In this document: positions 57,500-64,000 of the stretch, piece after piece
How positions within the stretch are numbered: position 1 is the stretch's first letter
How the letters are laid out: each line of letters begins with the position of its first letter
DNA from: an uncultured Rhodospirillales bacterium
GTDB lineage: Bacteria; Pseudomonadota; Alphaproteobacteria; Acetobacterales; Acetobacteraceae
Assembly (NCBI GenBank): GCA_903924855.1
Contig: CAIYCW010000042.1
Location: 2,464 to 66,463, forward strand
DNA length: 64,000 nucleotides
Reading direction: 5' to 3'
Position numbers and translations under genes: made by a program
The notes under the pieces: generated by a model
Databases searched by the model: none
Told to the model about the DNA's origin: nothing
Seen by the model: only the letters and a program-made list of their open reading frames with translations

Positions 57500-58561
57500 T
57501 CAGTGCAGGACGATTTCCACGCGGCGGTTCTGCGGCTCGCGCACGCCCGGAGCGGTCGGCACCAGCGGACGGGTGTCGCCATAGGCGGTGATGGCGATCT
57601 CGGCCTTCGGCACGCCCAGACGGACCAGCTCGGCGGCCACGTTGTTGGCGCGCTTCAGCGAGAGGGTCTGGTTGTAGGCCGGGGTGCCCGACTTGTCGGC
57701 ATGGCCGGCAACGTCGATCTTCGTGGCCTTCACAGCGTTCGCGTTCTTCGCGGCCTCGGCGATGATCTGCTGCGCGCGGGCGGTCAGGTCAGCCTTGTCC
57801 CAATCGAAGAACACCAGGTAGGAGCGGGCCGGAGCCGGAGCCGGCGCAACAACCGGGGCCGGAGCCATCGGAGCCGGGGCCGGGGCGGCGCCGAAAGCGT
57901 AGCGCAGGCCGACGTTCAGCGAGGTGTTGATGCCGTTGCCGATCTTGTAGCTGGCGGCGCTGCTGCCGAGGCGAGCACCGATGTAGTGGCCACCGATGGT
58001 GTCCAGACCGCGCACGTCAACCGTGGCGGCGAGGGCCGGGGTGAAGTTGTAGGCAGCGCCGACGATGCCCTGCACGGCGAACGAGCCGAGGCCACCGTTC
58101 TTGAAGTTGCCGGTGCCGGCGCCCGGGATGGCGAGGTAGCCGCTGTTGAGCTGCTGGAACACGTAGCCGACGCCAACGCCGACATACGGGGTCACCGGCA
58201 GGCCGAGGTCGATGTCGTACAGGCCGTTCGCCATGGCGCCGTACTGAACCAGCTCGCCGCCGCCGGAGGTGCCGGTGCCGAAGTTGCGGGCCTTCATCTG
58301 GTTGTCGAGGCCCAGCACTTCGAGCTCAGCGCGCAGACCGTTGCCATAGCCGTAGCCAACCGAGCCGAAGCCGGAGAAGCCGGCCTTCGGGTCAGCCAGC
58401 TTGCCGCTGGCAGCGCCCTTGGTGTGGCTGTTCAGCTTGATGTTCGATTCGAAGCTCGTGCCAACGCCGCCCGAGATGTAGAGGCCGTCGATCGGCTGGG
58501 CCGAGGCGGCAACGGGAAGGGCGATAATAGTGGCCGCGAGAAGCGCGTTACGGAGCGTCAT
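57500..58561 (-). CDS. OmpA family outer-membrane protein (N-terminal beta-barrel + Ala/Pro linker + OmpA_C peptidoglycan-binding domain), paralogue 1
   Basis: Signal peptide MTLRNALLAATIIALPVAASA, linker APAPAPMAPAPVVAPAPAPA and a C-terminal OmpA-like domain (NRRVEIVLH). Confidence 0.85.
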   Translation of the reverse strand: MTLRNALLAATIIALPVAASAQPIDGLYISGGVGTSFESNIKLNSHTKGAASGKLADPKAGFSGFGSVGYGYGNGLRAELEVLGLDNQMKARNFGTGTSGGGELVQYGAMANGLYDIDLGLPVTPYVGVGVGYVFQQLNSGYLAIPGAGTGNFKNGGLGSFAVQGIVGAAYNFTPALAATVDVRGLDTIGGHYIGARLGSSAASYKIGNGINTSLNVGLRYAFGAAPAPAPMAPAPVVAPAPAPARSYLVFFDWDKADLTARAQQIIAEAAKNANAVKATKIDVAGHADKSGTPAYNQTLSLKRANNVAAELVRLGVPKAEIAITAYGDTRPLVPTAPGVREPQNRRVEIVLH

Positions 58562-58881
58562 TGTGTCTCTCCTATGTGTCAGTCGGACCCTGATCAATCA
58601 GGGACGAGCGGGATCGGCAGGATCACCCGCAATCCATCTCCGCTAACCTAGTGCCGCTTCATGCGTCTCACCAGTCCGCAAAGCCCGGCATCAACCACTC
58701 AACCCGGTTTCCACTCTCCGATGTGGCAAATTTATCACGCTGTGTCGTCACGGCGACTCGATTCAACAGTCGCCTGGTTCAAATCGGTTGGCTGACCTGT
58801 GCTCTGGTCATGCCGTAATGACCCAGGGGACGTGGACGTTGCTTTGCAGGCAATGAAACGTCCACGTCTCCTAGTTTGTCA

Positions 58882-59946
58882 TCAGTGGAGCACGATCTCC
58901 ACGCGGCGGTTCTGCGGCTCGCGCACGCCAGGTGCGGTCGGCACCAGCGGACGGGTGTCGCCATAGGCGGTGATGGCGATCTCGGACTTCGGCACGCCCA
59001 GACGGACCAGTTCGGCGGCGACGTTGTTGGCGCGCTTCAGCGACAGGGTCTGGTTGTAGGCCGGCGTGCCCGACTTGTCGGCGTGGCCAGCCACGTCGAT
59101 CTTCGTGGCCTTCACCGCATTCGCGTTCTTCGCGGCTTCCGCGATGATCTGCTGCGCGCGGGCGGTCAGGTCAGCCTTGTCCCAATCAAAGAACACCAGG
59201 TAGGAGCGCGCCGGGGCAGGAGCCGGGGCCACGACAACCGGGGCGGCCGGCGTCGGAGCCGGGGCAGGGGCCGCACCGAAGGCGTAGCGCAGGCCAACCA
59301 TCACCATCGAGTTGAACTCGTTGCCGACATTGTAGCTGCTCTGCGACTGCTTGCCGCCGCCGCTGGTCAGCGTGCCGCCGACAAAGCGCTCATCGCCCTT
59401 CACCACACCGCGATATTCGGCGGTGACCGAAAGGTTCTCGGTGACCGGATAGGCAACGCCCACAATGCCCTGGCCGGCAATGCTGCCGTAATCGCCGTTG
59501 CGGGCCACGAAGGCCGCGTTCGAGCTGGTGGTGGTGAAGCTTGCGAGGTTGGTGAAGGCGTAGCCGCCACCCACGCCGATATACGGATAGACCGGCAGGC
59601 CCAAATCGATGTCGTAGATGATGTTCAGGAACGCGGCATAGGTGCCGTTGTTGCCGCCGCCGGTGGTGCCGGGGATCTTCGGGCGGACATTGTTGCCAAA
59701 CGCCGTCAGCTCCAGCTCGCCGCGGATGCCGCCGCCTTCGCCATAGCCGATCGCGCCATAGCCGCCGATCCCGGCCGCCTTGGCGACCAGACGGCCGCTG
59801 CCCGGGCCACCGGTCAGGCTGGCGTCAGACATGAAATTGGCGCCGACCGCGCCGGCCAGATACAGGCCCTGGATCGGCTGGGCCTGCAGGGCCGCCGGAA
59901 CGCCAAGCAGTGTGGCCGCCAGAAGGGTGGAACGCAGCGTCATCAT
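58882..59946 (-). CDS. OmpA family outer-membrane protein, paralogue 2
   Basis: Signal peptide MMTLRSTLLAATLLGVPAALQA. The C-terminal 108 aa differ from paralogue 1 at a single residue. Confidence 0.85.
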   Translation of the reverse strand: MMTLRSTLLAATLLGVPAALQAQPIQGLYLAGAVGANFMSDASLTGGPGSGRLVAKAAGIGGYGAIGYGEGGGIRGELELTAFGNNVRPKIPGTTGGGNNGTYAAFLNIIYDIDLGLPVYPYIGVGGGYAFTNLASFTTTSSNAAFVARNGDYGSIAGQGIVGVAYPVTENLSVTAEYRGVVKGDERFVGGTLTSGGGKQSQSSYNVGNEFNSMVMVGLRYAFGAAPAPAPTPAAPVVVAPAPAPARSYLVFFDWDKADLTARAQQIIAEAAKNANAVKATKIDVAGHADKSGTPAYNQTLSLKRANNVAAELVRLGVPKSEIAITAYGDTRPLVPTAPGVREPQNRRVEIVLH

Positions 59947-60171
59947 CTGATGTCTCCCGTGAAAAAATGCCGGGGGACGAAAGAACGCGCTCGCGCACAT
60001 TCGTCTCCGGCACTCGTTGCCGGAGACAGTAGAGTGGCCATTTGCGGCACGCCAGCGCGGACGCCGCATTCTGGAATTATCGCCTCGCACAACGACGCAG
60101 CTGTGGCGGATTTACAACAGTTGCTGAACGCCGGCTATTTTCGCAAGCCGACGCCGCAAACCGCGCCCCGC

Positions 60172-61299
60172 TCAGTGCAGCACGATCTCCACCCGGCGGT
60201 TCTGCGGCTCGCGCACGCCGGGGCCGGTCGGCACCAGGGGCTGGGTATCGCCATTGGCGGTGATCACGATCTCGTTCTGCTTCACGCCCAGACGCACCAG
60301 TTCACCCGCCACCGCCTTGGCCCGCCGCAGCGACAGCGCCTGGTTGTAGGGCTCGGAGCCGGTGGTGTCGGCATTGCCGGAGACTTCGACCTTGGTGGTC
60401 GCAACCGTCGCGGCGTCGCTGGCCGCCTGCGCCACGATCTGCTTGGCGCGCACCGTCAGGTCCGCGCGATCCCAGTTGAAGAACACCAGATAGGAGCGTG
60501 ACGGCGCGGGCTTCGGCGCCGGCACGGATGCCGTCACCGCGGGGGCAGGGGAAGCGGGCGGCGGCACATCGAACACGTAGCGCAGCCCAACCAGGATCTG
60601 GCTGGTGTCGTTGCCGGACAGCTTGATGCTGGCAGGCGTGGTGATGCCCGCCATGGTGGAGCTGCCGGCATAGCTGCGCTGACCGGAAAGCCCCATGAAA
60701 CGATACTCGATCGTGGCGGACAGCCCGACCACCGGTGCGATCGGCAGCGAGGCGCCGATCATCGCCTGATAGGCAAAGCCGCCCTTGGTGCCGCTGAAAT
60801 GATCCGCGCCCGCCACACCCTTGCTGGTGAAGCTGTCATCCTGGGTGTAGCGCACCGCCTGATACCCGGCGCCGGCCCCCAGATACGGGTAGATATAGGG
60901 CGAGCCGATATCCATATCGAACAGCACATTGCCCATCACCCCGGTCTTGGTCTCCCGGGCACTTTGATGGCCGTAGGACAGGCCACCGGAGGGGTTCGCC
61001 TCGAAATTGCGGTCATTGCCGCGGGCACTGCCTTCCAGCTCCAGCCGCACGCCGTTGCCAAGCCCCCAGCCGATGCTGCCCAGCCCGACATAGCCGGGCT
61101 TGAAGCTCAGCCCCCCGGTTGCGGGCTGGACGAATTTGCCGCCCACGATCTCGTTGCGGATCCTGGTGTTGTCATGAAACCCGACGCCGCCCGCAGCCCC
61201 CACATAAAGCCCGCTCACCGGCTGAGCCTGGCCGATCGAAGGGGAGGCTGCCGTGGCTGCGGCACAGGCTGCGGCAAGGGCCAGATGGAGACGGCGCAT
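60172..61299 (-). CDS. OmpA family outer-membrane protein, paralogue 3 (more divergent)
   Basis: The ATG at 61299 (MRRLHLALAAACAAATAAS) is preceded by AGGGA at 7-nt spacing. Same architecture, ending in NRRVEIVLH. Confidence 0.85.
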   Translation of the reverse strand: MRRLHLALAAACAAATAASPSIGQAQPVSGLYVGAAGGVGFHDNTRIRNEIVGGKFVQPATGGLSFKPGYVGLGSIGWGLGNGVRLELEGSARGNDRNFEANPSGGLSYGHQSARETKTGVMGNVLFDMDIGSPYIYPYLGAGAGYQAVRYTQDDSFTSKGVAGADHFSGTKGGFAYQAMIGASLPIAPVVGLSATIEYRFMGLSGQRSYAGSSTMAGITTPASIKLSGNDTSQILVGLRYVFDVPPPASPAPAVTASVPAPKPAPSRSYLVFFNWDRADLTVRAKQIVAQAASDAATVATTKVEVSGNADTTGSEPYNQALSLRRAKAVAGELVRLGVKQNEIVITANGDTQPLVPTGPGVREPQNRRVEIVLH

Positions 61300-61362
61300 G
61301 GTCAATTCCCTGGAAAAATTCGATGGCGACGACAGTGGCTGCGATATGGGGCGGCTCGGGGG

Positions 61363-61716
61363 TCAGACCAGCCTGCCATCGAAAGGTGGCAGCCCGTCCG
61401 GACTCTCGAATTCCAGCACCCACAGATCAGGATCAAACTTCACCTGCCGCGCAACATAGGCATCCGCCGTGATCTGGTCCACCGCGGCGGGGCCGGTGGC
61501 GCGCATCCAGGCCGCCTGGCCGTCGCGGTCGCGGATCTGGCTCAGCACCCAGAAACACTCGGCATTGTCCTGCCGGCCGCGCAGCACCACCAGCACGCCG
61601 CCGGAATCATCGTCGCCCTTGCGCACGATCACCCCGTAGCGGCCATCGGATTGCCCGAGGCGCAACGCCATATCCACCCAAAGACGCGCCTTGACCCGTG
61701 GTTCCGCCATGCTCAT
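61363..61716 (-). CDS. DUF1491 family protein
   Basis: RVKARLWVDMALRLGQSDGRYGVIVRKGDDDSGGVLVVL is typical of the alphaproteobacterial DUF1491 family. Confidence 0.7.
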   Translation of the reverse strand: MSMAEPRVKARLWVDMALRLGQSDGRYGVIVRKGDDDSGGVLVVLRGRQDNAECFWVLSQIRDRDGQAAWMRATGPAAVDQITADAYVARQVKFDPDLWVLEFESPDGLPPFDGRLV

Positions 61717-61829
61717 CCCATCCCGCCCCAAGGGCTTGCTGTGTGAGGTGGGTCTTGAAGCAGAACCGGCCCGCTGTCACACAGTCCGGATTGTGTTGAG
61801 CTGAATGTTTTTTGGGGGGCGAAGCCGTC

Positions 61830-62042
61830 ATGACGAAGGAACTCACCGAGGGCCAGCGCGCCTATGAGGCGAAGCGGGCGGCCAAGGCGGGCATGAGCCT
61901 GGACAAATGGCTGGCGCAGAAGGAGCGCGACCGCGCGCGTGAGGCGGAGGCGCAGGCCAAGGAACGCGCCAAGGCGGCCGAGCCGCCGAAGAAGCCCGGC
62001 TTCTTCAAACGTCTGCTGGAAAAGGCGGAAAAGCCGCTCTGA
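61830..62042 (+). CDS. Small Lys/Glu/Ala-rich hypothetical protein
   Basis: 70-aa MTKELTEGQRAYEAKRAAKAGMSLDKWLAQKERDR.... ATG at 61830 with a G-rich stretch upstream. Charged and probably helical. Confidence 0.45.
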   Translation: MTKELTEGQRAYEAKRAAKAGMSLDKWLAQKERDRAREAEAQAKERAKAAEPPKKPGFFKRLLEKAEKPL

Positions 62043-62107
62043 CCCTGGCAGAGCGCACGGCGCTCGCGCTGCACGCCGATTGGAGCGTCGATCCGCGCAA
62101 GCGCTGG

Positions 62108-62992
62108 ATGACGCTGGCGCGCAACGAGGGCGGCTTCTGGCGTGTTGCGCCACCCTGTCCGGTCGGTGATCTGCCGACGCTGCTCGACCGCCTGCGGCAC
62201 AAGGCGCAGGGTGGGGCGGTGGCGATGGCGGTGGACCTGCCGCTCGGCCTGCCGCGCGCCTATGCCAGGGCGCATGGCGCGGTGGCCGATTTCCCGGCCT
62301 TTCTGCGCCGCCTTCAGCCGCAGGACGCCTTCTTTCAGGTCTGTCCCACGCTTGCCGAGATCAGCCCGGCCCGCCCGTTCTACCCGGCGCACGGGATGGC
62401 GGGTATGACGCGGCTGTCCCATGCCAGGGCTTTGGGGCTGGATCAGGCCTCCGATCTCGGCCGCGCCTGCGATCGGGCGACGCCGCTGCGCCCGGCCGGC
62501 GCCCCGCTGTTCTGGACACTGGGGGCCAACCAGGCCGGCAAGGCCGCCATCTCCGCCTGGCGCGATCTGATCATCCCGGCGCTGCACGGCCCGGCCCCGC
62601 CCCGGCTGTGGCCGTTCGAGGGCGATCTGGCCACCCTGCTGTCTCCCTCTGCCGTGGTGATCGCCGAAACCTACCCGGTGGAGGCGATGCGCCAGCGCGG
62701 CCTGAAGCTCGCCGGCAGCAAGCGCCACCAGCCGAGCCGCGCGGCCCTTGCCCCCGATCTGCTGGCGGCCTGTGCCGGCCTGTCCCTGCGGCTGGACCCC
62801 GAGATGCAGACGGCGATCGCGGATGGCTTTGGTGCTGATGCCGCGGGCGAGGACCGCTTCGATTCGCTGCTTGGCCTGCTTGGCCTGCTCGCCGTGCTTC
62901 AAGGCCAGCAGCCGGATTTCATCCCGGACGATCCCTGGATCCGCCACTGGGAAGGCTGGGTGCTGGGCCAGACCCATGTGCCGGATGGGTAG
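62108..62992 (+). CDS. Hypothetical protein, possibly DUF429-like (RNase H-fold)
   Basis: AVDLPLGLPRAYA, ETYPVEAM and EDRFDSLLGLL resemble DUF429 landmarks. The frame is open upstream to at least 62003 with no stop between, with in-frame CTG codons at 62012, 62015, 62039 and 62045. It encodes ALALHADWSVDPRKRW from about 62060, so the true start may be a non-ATG codon. Confidence 0.45.
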   Translation: MTLARNEGGFWRVAPPCPVGDLPTLLDRLRHKAQGGAVAMAVDLPLGLPRAYARAHGAVADFPAFLRRLQPQDAFFQVCPTLAEISPARPFYPAHGMAGMTRLSHARALGLDQASDLGRACDRATPLRPAGAPLFWTLGANQAGKAAISAWRDLIIPALHGPAPPRLWPFEGDLATLLSPSAVVIAETYPVEAMRQRGLKLAGSKRHQPSRAALAPDLLAACAGLSLRLDPEMQTAIADGFGADAAGEDRFDSLLGLLGLLAVLQGQQPDFIPDDPWIRHWEGWVLGQTHVPDG

Positions 62993-63039
62993 GGCGGACG
63001 CGCGCAGCGCCTCCGCCATCTCCGGCCCAGCACCTTGCG

Positions 63040-64000
63040 TTACGCCAAAATCCCCGCCGCCCGCGCCTTCAGCCGCACAAATCCGGCGACCAGATCCAGC
63101 GTCGGCGTGGCAACACCCTTCATCCGCGCCAGCGCCAACGTGGCATCCAGCATCGTCGAGACCTCCATCTTCCGGCCCAGCTCGTAATCCTGCAGCATGC
63201 TCGGTTTGTGATTGGATGATCTTGTGTTGGCCAGGAACGGCTCCGGATCGGTCGCGATCTGCACCCCAAGGCTTGCCGCAACCGCCCCGGCCTCGGCATA
63301 GATCGACCGCACCGCGCCAACCACGGCGGGCTCGGCGAGATTGCTGCTCATCGGTTGGCCGGTGATCACCGCAAGCGGCGCGCTGCCCAGATTAACCAGC
63401 AGCTTGACCCAGACCGCCTTTCTGATGTCCGGGCTGATCTCCATCCCCATGCCGCCCACGCTCAGCACATCCGCCAGCGCCTGCGCGCGTGGTGAGATGG
63501 ACCCATCCAACTCGCCGATCACCAGCCGGTTGCGGTCATGCGCCACCGCAATCACCCCGGGCGCCACCACGGTGCAGCCCGAATATACCACGCCGCCCAG
63601 CGTGCGATGCGCGCCGATCTCGCGGTGGAGAATGCCGGTGGGGTCGAGCTGAGGCAGGTCGATCCCCTCCAGCCCGTCACAATACCACCAGGGAATGCCG
63701 TTGATCATGAAGGAGACCGTTGTGTCCGGCCCCAGCAGCGGCGCGATCCGTGCTGCGATCTCGGGCAGCGCCGGCGTTTTCACGCAGACGATCACATGAT
63801 CCTGCACGCCCAAGGTCGCCGGATCGTTGGTCGCGTGGTCCACCTTCATGGTGAACGGCTCCTCCGGCATGCGGATGGTGATGCCCTTGCTGGCGATCGC
63901 CTCCAACTGCGCGCCGCGCGCGATCACCGAGGTCTCGGCCCCGCCAAGTGCCAGGCGCGCTGCGATATGCCCGCCAATGGCGCCCGCGCCATAGACGCAG
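63040..64000 (-). CDS. panE: 2-dehydropantoate 2-reductase (ketopantoate reductase, ApbA/PanE family), 5' end outside the window
   Basis: The reverse complement of the window end encodes VYGAGAIGGHIAARLA (Rossmann motif) continuing into ORF 63040..63927. The C-terminal SMLQDYELGRKMEV is the PanE signature. Confidence 0.75.
   Translation of the reverse strand, partial: CVYGAGAIGGHIAARLALGGAETSVIARGAQLEAIASKGITIRMPEEPFTMKVDHATNDPATLGVQDHVIVCVKTPALPEIAARIAPLLGPDTTVSFMINGIPWWYCDGLEGIDLPQLDPTGILHREIGAHRTLGGVVYSGCTVVAPGVIAVAHDRNRLVIGELDGSISPRAQALADVLSVGGMGMEISPDIRKAVWVKLLVNLGSAPLAVITGQPMSSNLAEPAVVGAVRSIYAEAGAVAASLGVQIATDPEPFLANTRSSNHKPSMLQDYELGRKMEVSTMLDATLALARMKGVATPTLDLVAGFVRLKARAAGILA

Noticed and set aside
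58740-58800. A tRNA-like fragment is suggested by GGTTCAAATC (T-loop-like) and a nearby GGCGACT/AGTCGCC hairpin in the ompA1-ompA2 spacer.
   Set aside because: The T-arm flanks (CCTGG / CGGTT) do not pair. No acceptor stem, D-arm or anticodon arm can be built, so there is no cloverleaf.

Overview
This is a gene-dense, visibly high-GC chromosomal segment. Its gene content (DUF1849/EipB, DUF1491, a DinB with an N-terminal zinc ribbon, xseB-ispA-dxs-tlyA synteny) points to an alphaproteobacterium, possibly Rhodospirillales/Acetobacteraceae-like, which I cannot verify here. I support about 55 protein-coding genes. I found no rRNA, tRNA, CRISPR array, transposase or integrase.

Most of the window is housekeeping or ordinary metabolism:
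- glutaryl-CoA dehydrogenase, a DEAD-box helicase and an RNA methyltransferase
- an oprM-like/mdtA/mdtB/mdtC RND efflux operon
- a livGF-K-HM ABC importer and Dcp peptidase
- a paired acyl-CoA dehydrogenase plus acyl-CoA ligase cluster
- uvrB, xseB-ispA-dxs-tlyA, dinB, aspS and rnd

The accessory or unusual patches are:
1. A ~1-kb low-GC single-gene Mrr restriction cassette bracketed by an 8-bp direct repeat. It sits next to a GNAT gene and a DUF3018-MazE/PemK-MazF toxin-antitoxin pair.
2. An MFS transporter framed by two AT-rich intergenic regions and two atypical OmpR-type winged-helix regulators. One of these is a 475-aa protein that looks like a pseudo-receiver + wHTH + TetR fusion.
3. An orphan Phd/YefM antitoxin next to a decayed vapC whose remnant ends in a perfect 24-bp inverted duplication.
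4. A two-gene circularly permuted ATP-grasp/alpha-E module without its usual partners.
5. Three tandem OmpA-family paralogues.
6. A family of REP/MITE-like palindromic intergenic elements.

I do not see a convincing, complete, previously undescribed multi-gene system. The findings below are ranked honestly, and the best candidates are of moderate interest only.

The many long ORFs antisense to recognised genes are high-GC artefacts. The ORF track renders GTG/TTG starts as M, so several start codons were re-derived from the DNA.
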